A stretch of DNA of 64,000 bases from an uncultured Gemmatimonadales bacterium (GTDB lineage Bacteria > Gemmatimonadota > Gemmatimonadetes > Longimicrobiales > Gaopeijiaceae). The stretch spans positions 32,001-96,000 of the forward strand of contig CAWGKG010000023.1 in NCBI GenBank assembly GCA_963823035.1. The letters run 5' to 3'. The notes under the pieces are model-generated. The model had not been told where the DNA came from, made no database searches, and saw only the letters and a program-made list of their open reading frames with translations. The position numbers and the translations under genes were made by a program. Shown here piece after piece: positions 1 to 9,750 of this stretch (position 1 is its first letter; each line of letters starts with the position of its first letter).

Positions 1-646
1 CCGCCTGCCCGTACTCGAGCTCGAACTGACCCTGATCCTCGGTCTCCATGAGGATGGGCACACCGTCGATCACATAGAGCGGCTGTCCTCCGCCCGTGAA
101 CGACGACTCGCCGCGGATCACCACGCGCGACGAGGCACCGGGCCGGCTGCTCGCTGTCGTCACCTGCACGCCCGCGACCTTCCCCTGCAGCGCGGAGGTG
201 ATGTTGAGCTGGGGCACCTCGGCGAGCCGCTTGGTGTCCAGGTCCTGGACCGCGTAGCCGAGGCTCCGTTCGGAGCGCTCGATGCCGAGGGCGGTGACCA
301 CCACGCCCTCCACGTCGATGGCCCGGTCCGCGAGCTGGAAGTCCGCCGTGGACGTGCCGCCCGCCGTGACCGAGACCGTCCTTTCGGAGGACTCGTACCC
401 GAGGACCTGGACGCGCACGGTCTGCTGCCCGACCGGGATGTTGAGGAGGAGGTACCTCCCCTGGGCGTTGGAGAGCACGCCCTGCTGCGTGGCCGGGATG
501 TGGACCTGCGCACCCGGGATCGGTTGCCCGTTGGATGCGTTGACGATCGTGCCCGTGATGCTGCCGGTGCTCTGCGCCCAGGCCAACCCGGACGTGGCTA
601 GCAGCATAGCCGCCGAAGCGACGGTTCGAACGAACCAGGTTTTCAT
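1..646 (-). CDS. susC: SusC/RagA family TonB-linked outer membrane receptor (N-terminal part; runs off window)
   Basis: Manual translation from ATG 646: signal peptide MKTWFVRTVASAAMLLATSGLAWAQ, carboxypeptidase-regulatory-like domain, VVVTALGIERSERSLGYAVQ, LQGKVAGVQV, IRGESS, QPLYVIDGVP. Absent from the ORF track because no stop lies in the window. Confidence 0.93.
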   Translation of the reverse strand, partial: MKTWFVRTVASAAMLLATSGLAWAQSTGSITGTIVNASNGQPIPGAQVHIPATQQGVLSNAQGRYLLLNIPVGQQTVRVQVLGYESSERTVSVTAGGTSTADFQLADRAIDVEGVVVTALGIERSERSLGYAVQDLDTKRLAEVPQLNITSALQGKVAGVQVTTASSRPGASSRVVIRGESSFTGGGQPLYVIDGVPILMETEDQGQFELEYGQA

Positions 647-1028
647 GTCGGATCCCCCCTTTCCGTGAAGACGCCTCCGTGTTGCCGCGGCCGCGGCCGG
701 AGGTCGATCGTGGCGAGCTCGGCCCCGTTGGACGTCGGGGTCGGGCGGCGGAAGGGAGGAGGGCGGGCACGCGCGCGTGGACACGCTCGGGGGGGCCTCC
801 CCCCCGGAGGGCGACTCGTTCGTCGTCCGCGCATCTCCGCCTCCCGCCGCCTGCGTGTACGGCGAACCGGGCCGCGCATCGATCCCCTGCAAGGGATGAG
901 CACGGAGGGCGGGCGCACCCTCGGGCTGCGTTGGGCAGCCACTCTGGACCCCGCGGGGTGGAGCGTCGGTGCGCGAAGACACCTGCCCCGCAAGGCTGTT
1001 CGGGCTCGGGTGAACCGCCACGGTCAGC

Positions 1029-1079
1029 CTGATACATCACCTGAAACATCAGCGTATGCCGCGGAGACCGAGGACGCAA
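1029..1079 (-). promoter_or_regulatory. sigma70-type promoter of susC with two tandem operator palindromes
   Basis: Minus strand TTGCGT (1079-1074), 17 bp spacer, TACGCT (1056-1051), followed directly by boxes TGAAACATCA (1042-1051) and TGATACATCA (1030-1039), written on the + strand. Confidence 0.65.
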
Positions 1080-1231
1080 GTACAAATGTCGTTGAAGGCC
1101 GTGCAGCCCCGCCCTCCTCCCATGGCGCTCTTGTCCCGACCCTCGCCGCGGCATAGCGTGCGCTCATCGCCGCAGGAGATAGATCAGATGGCCCAGTGCG
1201 CGAGCGGGGCTCGTGCCGGAGGAGGAGCCGA

Positions 1232-3584
1232 ATGAAGCCACGTACGAGATGTCGCCATGGATTCACGACGCGTGCCATCCCGGGTCTGGTGTGCCTTCTG
1301 CTCGGCACGACCTACGCGCCCCTGGCCGCGCAAGGCACCGAAGCGGATTACCTACGCGCCGACAGCTTCGCCGCACGCACGAGCGACCTGGTGGTGGGGG
1401 TCGCCGAGGATCCCGGGTGGATCGAGGGGACGCAGCGCTTCTGGTATCGGACCTCCGTCACGGGAGGCCATCGCTTCGTCCTCGTCGACGCCGCCGCCGC
1501 GTCGAAGGCACCGGCCTTCGACCACGAGCGGCTCGCGCGCGCCCTGACGGCGGCGCGCGGGGACACCGTCACCGCGCTCGACCTCCCGTTCCGCCGGCTC
1601 GACTTCGTCGATCACGAGGCCGCCATCGAGTTCGTGCTGGCGGACTCCACCTGGCACTGCGGGCTGACGGACTACGCGTGCGAGAACCGCGGCGCGGTGC
1701 GCCAGGACCGCGGGGGGGACCGCGGCTACCCGTGGCAGGCCGGACCGGGCCAGCTGTGGCGTCTGCAGAACGGGGACGCCGTGGCGTCACCCGACGGCAA
1801 GCGCGAGGCGTTCATCCTCAACCACAACGTCGCCGTGCGCGCGGTGGGCTCCGAGGACTTCACCGCTCCTGAGCCAGGACGGCAGCGAGGGCGACATGTA
1901 CACGCGCGCATCGATCGTCTGGTCTCCGGACTCGAAGCGGCTGGCGGTCTACCGGGTGGTGCCGGGCTTCCAGCGTGAGGTGCACTACGTGCGATCCTCC
2001 CCCGAGGACCAGCTCCAGCCGGAGCACTCGACGCTGCTCTACGCCAAGCCGGGCGACGTGCTCGACCGCCAGACCCCCGTCGTCTTCGACGTGGATGCCG
2101 GAACGCGGATCGAGGTGGACGACGCGCTCTTCCCGAACGAGTACAGCGTATCCGGGCTCGAGTGGAGGAAGGACAGCCGCCACGTGACCTTCGAGTACAA
2201 CCAGCGCGGCCATCAGGTCTACCGCATCGTCGAGATCGACGCGGGCACGGGGGCGACCCGCGCGGTGATCTCGGAGGAGCCGAAGACCTTCTTCTACTAC
2301 ACGGATGCGAGCGGTGGGGGAAAGAAGTTCCGCTACGACGTGGACGACGGCGCGGAGATCGTCTGGATGTCGGAGCGCGACGGGTGGAACCACCTCTACC
2401 TCTACGACGGGCGCACCGGGAAGGTGGAGAACCAGATCACCAAGGGTGAATGGGTGGTCCGATCCGTGGATACGGTGGACGTTGCGAACCGCCAGATCTG
2501 GTTCCGGGCGAGCGGGATGGACCCGGACCAGGACCCCTACTTCGTGCACGAGTATCGCATCGGCTTCGACGGGTCCGGGCTCACGGCCTTCACGAAGGAG
2601 GACGGGACGCACTCGGTGAGCTTCTCGCCGGACCGCGCCTACTACGTCGACCGGTGGTCGCGTGTCGACCTCCCCCAGGTGGCGGTGGTGCGCAGAACCA
2701 GCGACCGCTCCGTGGTGATGGAGTTGGAGCGCGCGGATGCCTCGGCGCTCCTGGCCACCGGATGGCGCTATCCCGAGGTGTTCACGTCGAAGGGGCGCGA
2801 CGGCACGACGGACATCTGGGGGATCATCGTGCGGCCGACGAACTTCGACCCGTCGCGCCGCTACCCCGTGATCGAGTCCATCTACGCGGGTCCCCACGGG
2901 TCCTTCGTTCCGAAGACGTTCGGCACGCAGGCCCGCCTGCAGTCGGTCGCGGAGCTGGGCTTCATCGTCGTGCAGATCGACGGCATGGGCACGTCGAACC
3001 GCTCCAAGGCCTTCCAGGACGTCGCCTGGAAGAACATCAAGGACGCGGGCTTCCCGGACCGCATCCTCTGGCACCGGGCCGTCGCCGAGCGCTACCCGTA
3101 CTACGACATCGACCGCGTCGGCATCTTCGGCACCTCCGCCGGAGGACAGAACGCGATGGGGGCGCTCCTCTTCCACCCCGACTTCTACAAGGTCGCGGTG
3201 TCGTCGGCGGGTTGCCACGACAACCGTATGGACAAGATCTGGTGGAACGAGCTGTGGATGAGCTGGCCGCTCGGGCCGCAGTATGCCGCCTCGTCCAACG
3301 TCGACAACGCCTGGCGCCTGCAGGGCAAGCTCCTGCTCACGGTGGGCGAGATGGACACGAACGTGGACCCCTCGTCCACGATCCAGGTCGTGAACGCGCT
3401 GATCGAGGCCGACAAGGACTTCGAGTTCCTCTACGTCCCCGGCGCCGACCACGGGTCGGGCGGCGACTACGGTGCGAGGAAGCGCAACGACTTCTTCGTG
3501 CGGAACCTGCTGGGCGTCGAGCCGCCGGACTGGAACCACCGCGCGGTGGCGAGCCAGGACGGGTCGGGCTCCTCGGGGGGCTGA
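1232..3584 (+). CDS. S9 family (DPP IV-like) secreted peptidase, paralog 1; frameshift near 1868
   Basis: RBS GGAGGAG before ATG 1232; signal peptide; DPP IV N-terminal propeller; IYAGP, GTSAGG nucleophile, EMDTNV Asp, ADHG His. Joins ORFs 1196..1978 and 1896..3584. Confidence 0.88.
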
Positions 3585-3613
3585 GCGGGGGGGCACGGAG
3601 AACGCTGCTTCTT

Positions 3614-3692
3614 TTCACCACAGAGGACGCAGAGGACGCAGAGGTTCCTGCGGTCGCCGTGCTCTGCGTACCTCCGCGTTCTCCGTGGTGAA
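3614..3692. repeat. Long imperfect inverted repeat (REP-like, possible bidirectional terminator) built from 9-bp units
   Basis: TTCACCACAGAGGACGCAGAGGACGCAGAG (3614-3643) pairs with CTCTGCGTACCTCCGCGTTCTCCGTGGTGAA (3662-3692), between convergent genes. Confidence 0.7.
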
Positions 3693-3725
3693 GAAGTTGG
3701 GCCCCGAGGAGCGCCCCGGCGCCTC

Positions 3726-6010
3726 CTAGACCCGCACCTCGATCGGCTCGCCCGTGAAGGTCACCTCGCGCACGGTGTCCTCCCCCACCACGCGCACCTC
3801 GATCCGCCGCGGCATGGGCTCGATCCGGCCGCGAGCCGATCGGCCAGGCGGAGGGACAGCCGCCGCTCCGCGTCGGCCCAAGCCGTCTCGATGCGCATCC
3901 ACGCGCCGTCGCGATAGGCGAAGGTGTGCCCGTCGTCCTCGTAGATCGAGCCGCTCCCGTCCGCTCCTGGATGCACCAGCAGCGTCAGGGGCCCGTCCAC
4001 CTCCTCGCCCGTGTACTGCTTCACGGGACCCAGCGGCAGGACCGCGCCGGCACGCACGTAGAGCGGTAGCGTCTCGAGGTCCACCTGCCGGCTGATCTCG
4101 CGACCCCCTTCGACGCGCTCGCCCGTCCAGAAGTCGTACCACGCGCCGCGCGGCAGGTAGACGCGGCGGAAGCGCGCGTGCGGCTCCACCACCGGCGCGA
4201 CCAGCACGTCCCGACCCCACAGGTACGCGTCCCCGCAGGCGGCCGCGAGGCGGTCGTCCGGATCGTGGAGCCAGAGGGAGCGCATGATCGGCAGGCCGGT
4301 GTCGTGCGTCTCCCGGACCGCCGTGTAGAGGTACGGCATGAGCCGATAGCGCAGCTCGAGGTACTTCTTGCAGATCGGCTCCACCTCCGCGTTGTGCAGC
4401 TCGGAGAGGTCGGGGTTCCCCGCCCCGCCGCGGTAGCTCGCGATCTCGTCGTGGCCGAGCTCCCCGGTGTTCCACCCCCACGGCAGGCGCAGGTGCCAGG
4501 TCCGACCGTGGGAGCGGAAGAGCGGACAGAAGGCGCCGAACTGGAACCAGCGGACGTGCAGCTCGCCCGTGTACTCGGGCGTGGGCACGAAGCCCCCGAT
4601 GTCCGTTCCCCAGTACGGGATTCCCGACAGGCCCGTGTTGATGGCCACGGCGACGTGCGTGCGCAGCGTCTCCCACGTCGAGTACACGTCCCCCGACCAG
4701 AGGAAGGGAGCGTAGCGCGCCATGCCGGCGTAGCCGTTCCGGTGCAGCGCGAAGGGGCGCTCGCCCGGGCGCCACGTCTGGCAGCCCTCCCAGTACATGC
4801 GGATGCGCGCCAGACGCGACTCCGCGTCCAGGCCGTCGCCCTGGTCGGGCCACCAGCCGTCGATGCCCTGCTCGAACACCTGCTTGTGGATGGGCCAGTA
4901 GCAGCCTACACGCTGATCGTCCGGCCAGTCCCGGCCCGAGCCCGTCGCGCCGGGCGCCGGCGGATTCGGGCAGGGATCGTCCACCGTGCCCGTCAGGCGG
5001 TGTCCCTCGAGCACCGCGTGCAGCACGATGCGGAAGTGCATCGCGTGCAGCTCGGCGATCATCGCGTCCGGGTCGGGGAACGTCTCCGGGTTCCAGGCGA
5101 ACACCCCGTTGTTCGTGTTCCACCCGGCGGGCGTGAACCCGGTGCCGAGGTAGATGAGCGCGTCGCAGGGCAGGCCCTTCTCACGGAAGGTGCGCGCCAC
5201 CCAGCGGACCTCGTCCGGGCCCGCCAGCGTGCGGTGGGACTGCAGGTAGCCGAAGGACCAAAGCGGCGGCATCTCCGGCTTGCCGGTGATCGCCGCCCAC
5301 TCGGCCATCGTGCCGGCGGGATCGGCCGCGTCCACGACGAAGAGGTCGAGCGGGAGCGGGGCGTCCTCCGGCGGATCGAAGCGCCCCCGGCTGCCCGTGA
5401 GGTCGAACGTGCCGAGGGGCCAGTGCACGTAGAGCGCCCACCCATCCGTGCTCACCAGCCACTGGATCGGCACCACGCCGCCGTGCGTGCGCAGCTCGTA
5501 GCCGCCCTGGCCGTTGCGCATCCGATAGGCCTCGCCGCGCCGGTCGAACTGCGGGCCGCCCTGCCCCAGGCCGAGCAGCGGGCCGTCGCCCATCTCGAAC
5601 GACGTCGCGCCCGTGGCCTCGTCGACCACGATCTCCTGGAGGATCGGCCCGCCGGGCCGGCGCACGCGGATGCGTAGCGGCGCCCCTCCGACGCCCACCA
5701 GGAAGCCGCCCACCGCGGTCTCGCTGCCGTCCGCGGCCGCGAGAGGCACCTCGGGGGGCCATGCGCGCTCCACAAGGGCGCCGTCGTGCGGGTCGGCCGC
5801 CGCGGTCGCACCGTCCGGCAGCACGCGGATGCGCAGCGTGGCCGCGCTCACCGCGCTCGCCAGGACACCAACCTGACGCCCAGCCGCGCGCATCCCCGCG
5901 CCACGCCACGCCACGGCGGGTCCGAGGAGTGCCAGCCCGGCCCCGGCCGAGCCCAGGCGCCCGATCGCCTCCCGGCGTGTGATTGCGTGTCCCGCCGTCT
6001 GATATATCAT
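3726..6010 (-). CDS. Glycoside hydrolase family 31 with Tat-like signal; frameshift near 3840
   Basis: MIYQTAGHAITRREAIG (twin-Arg); MPPLWSFGY, DGWWPDQGD, WSGDV, YWGTDIGGF, RWFQFGAFCPLFRSHG, LPLYVRAG, YEDDG. The C-terminus continues in the 3726 frame. Confidence 0.88.
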
Positions 6011-6022
6011 TTCGGAAGAGTA
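5999..6022 (-). promoter_or_regulatory. Operator palindrome TGATATATCA over the GH31 start codon, with a candidate leaderless -10 box
   Basis: Perfect palindrome at 6000-6009. Minus strand TACTCT lies 6 nt before ATG 6010, with no SD sequence. Confidence 0.55.
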
Positions 6023-6103
6023 GGACCGTCCGCCCTCGACGGCCACCGCCATTCTCGCCCGCCGCCAGCGCCCGCGCCCTGAGTCCGACGACGGAGACGC
6101 ACG

Positions 6104-8118
6104 ATGCACGCTCGGCACGCCCGTCCTTCCCGCCTGCCCTCCCCGCTCCTCCGCCTCTGCGCCGGCGCCCTCCTTGCGCTGGCCCCCTCTGCCTGCGAGC
6201 CGCGAGCCTCGAACGAGGCCGTGCCACCGATCGACCCCCAGGTCGTCCAGGACCAGGACGACATGACGTGGGACGACTACCGCCCCATCCCCGGCATCGA
6301 CTGGGCCGACCCCTCGCTCACGCCCGACCGCGAGTTCCACATCGCGCTGGTCGCGATCGACTTTCCGGACCAGCCGTTCGTGATCACGATGCCACGCCAA
6401 TCCGATCCCTTCGGCAACCCGCAGGTGGAGCCGATCGCGCGCGACGACGTGCCGCGCTTCTACGCGGACTTCTTCCTGAAGCCCAGCGACGTCAACCACG
6501 GCCACACGATCAACGGCTACTGGATGGAGCAGTCACGCGGCAGCTTCGGGATCACGAAGGTGGACGCGTATGGGCCCTACCGCATGCCCGAGCCGCTGTG
6601 GGCGTATGGCCTCAACGAATACGGGCAGAACGAGTACACGCCGGACGGGAGCACGGCCGGCAGCCGGATGGAGCCCGACGTGGACTCCCTGTGGGCGGCG
6701 GACGTCGGGGACGTGAAGGGCGACTACGACGCCATCCTCCGCATCTACGCCGGCTACGACGAGACGAGCGTCTGGCAGGAATTCGGCGAGATGAAGTTCG
6801 ACTCCCGCGACGACATCACCCCCGAGTGGGGCAACCCGGACCCGGAGCGTCCGCGCTGGGTGCCGACGCGCTACGTACCGTGGACGAGCTGGCTCGCCGG
6901 GGCGCAGCAGTGGGGGCTGTCCTCCATGCGCCAGGGCGAGAGCTCGGGCACGATCACGCACGAGCTGGGGCACTTCGCCTTCCGCATCCCCGACCTCAAC
7001 AACAACCCCTACGTGCAACCTTACCGCAGGGTGGCGGCGGGCCCGTGGGACATGATGGACCGGGGGAGCTTCAACGGACCCGGCGGGCCCCACATGCGCT
7101 GGGTCGTCCCGCCGACGAACGGTGCGGCCATGCCGGCCGGGCTCATGCTCCGCAGCCGGATGGCGACCGGCTTCGTGGCCGACTCCGCCGTGCTCACGCT
7201 GACCCGCAGCGGGCTGGCGGCGTCCGGGCCCGTGGTCGCCGAGGTCACGGCGCGTGCCGTGGATCCCGCTCCCGGGAACGTACGCCGGCATCGCGGTGCG
7301 CCTCGACGGCGCCGAGCCCCACGACCGCACCCCGGTCGACGACCCTGCGACGAACCCCCTGTCGGCCGGGACGCCCAACTACGACTTCTACTCGATCGAA
7401 GTCGTGCAGCGTATCGGCTACGACTCCTTCACGCCGGACGACGGCGTGCTCATCGCCAAGAACAAGGACAGCCTGCGCGGACGCAACGGCGGTCCGAACG
7501 CGTTCAACAGCTTCGCGTGGGTGATCGACGCGCATCCCGAGGACATCGACCAGGTCGACTACGTCAAGCCGAATGGCGAGAAGGTGATGCGCACCATCGC
7601 CGACTACCGCCAGCTCAACGACGCGCTCTTCCACGCGGGGCTCGACTCCGGCAGCCGCTTCGAGTGGGAGGACGCGGCGAACGGCCTGCGCTTCTACGTC
7701 CTCGACCTGCGCCGCGACGCACAGGGCATCCGCTCCTACTCGATCGGCGTGCGCTCTCTGGAGGCGACCCGCGGGCGCGCCGCGGTCCTCGACGCCCCGG
7801 CCGACGACCCGCCCGGCGTGCGCGGAACGGACGCGCCGGTCGCGTTCACGCTGCGCGACGCCGGGGAGGCCGAAGCGTCCGCACCGGACGGGCCGGCGGC
7901 CGACATCTACCGGCTGGCCGTGTCCGTGGAGGGAGCGGGATGGTCGGCCCGTCTGCTCAACGAGCTGGCGGCCGTGGAGGCGGGCGGCTCCGCGCCCGGT
8001 GAACGTCTACCTGACGCGCGGCGACGGCGCGGCGGGCGAAGCCACCGTGACGCTGCGGGCCACCTCCGAGAGCGACCCGGGGCTCACCACTTCCGCCGTC
8101 CTTCACGTGGGCGGATAG
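6104..8118 (+). CDS. M6 family (immune inhibitor A-like) zinc metalloprotease, lipoprotein; frameshifts near 7260 and 7995
   Basis: Lipobox-like PSAC; IDFPD; HELGHFAFRIPDL (HExxH..PDL); WDMMDRGSFNG; ends ATSESDPG...HVGG* at 8118. Confidence 0.8.
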
Positions 8119-8329
8119 GGAAACGTGCCTTCTCCGGGGCGGCGCTACGAGGGTGGCCGCTTCGGTGGCCACGCTGGTGGCCGCCGTCGCGCCTCTTCGA
8201 CCATGGGGACCGCGACGTCGGCTACGCGGGCACCTACGTCCACGACTTCTGGACGACCGAGCGTATCGAGCCCGGGGCACGTACCGCTTCTCCGCGAGCC
8301 GCGATGGGGGGGGACCCGGCGCGGCCAGG

Positions 8330-8520
8330 TTCGCCCGAGCATCGAGGAGGCGAATCGGGCAGGAGCCTTGTCGCCACCCTTCGCCCTGCTCTGCTCGCCC
8401 ATGTTGCGCGCTCGCCAATCGGCCGACGTGGTGGCCGAGGTCCTCGGCCCTACCCCTTGGGTGGACGAGCGCCTCGTGGAGCGGGACTTCGGCGAGCTGT
8501 GCGAGCCATACTGGGGGCCC
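8330..8520 (+). pseudogene. Histidine phosphatase (phosphoglycerate mutase-like) fragment
   Basis: CSPMLRARQSADVVAEVLG...DERLVERDFGE matches the SPLxRAxQTA/DxRLxExDFG family motifs. No RHG motif and no C-terminal half. Confidence 0.5.
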
Positions 8521-8618
8521 TCCGGTGATCCGGCTGATCCGTGGGCATCCCTCCACCCCCGGGCGACGGGGCGCCGCGCCCCGTCCGCCCGGGAGTCCCG
8601 CGTCGCCGCGGAGGACCG

Positions 8619-9641
8619 TCAGCCGGCCTGCGTCTCCATCGCCGGGGTGTACTTCCCGTAGCGGGCCGCGCCGTTGAGCTTGGCGCGGTGGAGGAACGCC
8701 TTGCGGCCGGCGTCCATGTTGGCCGGCTTCCCGGACCACGCCGAGAGCGACGGCGCCTGCAGGGCCCTCCCGTAGCTGAAGGAGAGCTGCCAGGGGAAGC
8801 CACCGATCTCGTTCATCGCGCTCAGGTGGGCCGTCGCGTCCTCGTCGCTCTGCCCGCCCGAGAGGAACACGATGCCCGGCACGTCGGCGGGGACGACCTC
8901 CTTGAAGAGACCGACCGTCCGCCGGGCGACCTCCTTCACGTCGGCCTGCTCGGGGCACGCGTTGCCCGAGAGCACCATGTTCGGCTTGAGGAGCATTCCG
9001 GGGAGGGAGACGCGCTGCTGCTCGAGGGCCTCGAACACCCGCTTCAGCGTCCGGCGGGTCACCTCCTCGCAGCGCTCGACCGTGTGCGCGCCGTCCATCA
9101 GCACCTCGGGCTCGACGATCGGCACCAGCCCGCCCTCCTGGGACAGGGCGGCGTAGCGCGCCAGCGCGTGGGCGTTCACCTCGATGCACAGGTCGGAGGG
9201 GATGTCGTCGCCGATCGTGATCACGGCCCGCCACTTCGTGAAGCGCGCGCCGAGCTTGTAGTACTCGGCGAGGCGGTCGCGCAGGCCGTCGAGGCCCTCG
9301 GTCACGGTCTCGCCCGGCGCGAAGGCCAGCGGCTTGGCGCCCTTGTCGACCTTGATGCCCGGGACGATCCCCTTCGCGGCCAGCATGTCGGCGAAGCGCG
9401 TGCCGTTGGAGGCGGACTGGCGGAGCGTCTCATCGAAGAGGATGACGCCCGAGACGTAGTCCTCGGCGCCCTTCGTGGTGAAGAGCATCTCGCGGTAGGC
9501 GCGACGGTTGTCCTCCGTGTTCTCGACGGAGATCGAGTCGAAGCGCTTCTTGATGGTGCCGGTGGACTCGTCGGCCGCCAGGATGCCCTTACCCGGGGCG
9601 ACGAGCGCGAGAGCGGTCTGCTCGAGATTCGGTTGACTCAT
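8619..9641 (-). CDS. fba: Class I fructose-bisphosphate aldolase
   Basis: GKGILAADES, GIKVDKG, KWRAV, LVPIVEPEVL, LLKPNMV, FLSGGQS, FSYGRALQ. Confidence 0.95.
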   Translation of the reverse strand: MSQPNLEQTALALVAPGKGILAADESTGTIKKRFDSISVENTEDNRRAYREMLFTTKGAEDYVSGVILFDETLRQSASNGTRFADMLAAKGIVPGIKVDKGAKPLAFAPGETVTEGLDGLRDRLAEYYKLGARFTKWRAVITIGDDIPSDLCIEVNAHALARYAALSQEGGLVPIVEPEVLMDGAHTVERCEEVTRRTLKRVFEALEQQRVSLPGMLLKPNMVLSGNACPEQADVKEVARRTVGLFKEVVPADVPGIVFLSGGQSDEDATAHLSAMNEIGGFPWQLSFSYGRALQAPSLSAWSGKPANMDAGRKAFLHRAKLNGAARYGKYTPAMETQAG

Positions 9642-9750
9642 GGTGTGCACCTGCCCAGGCCAGAAAAACGCGAGATGAACTTCAAAGGCGAACCTTAAAT
9701 GTCGGTATATCGGGTCCGTCCTTCCAGACGGGGGCTCGACCGGCGCATCC

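Noticed and set aside
8619..9641. fba as evidence that the glycyl radical enzyme acts on a sugar
   Set aside because: The HypD active-site residues are conserved, and fba is separated by ~110 bp with an AT-richer patch that could hold its own promoter.
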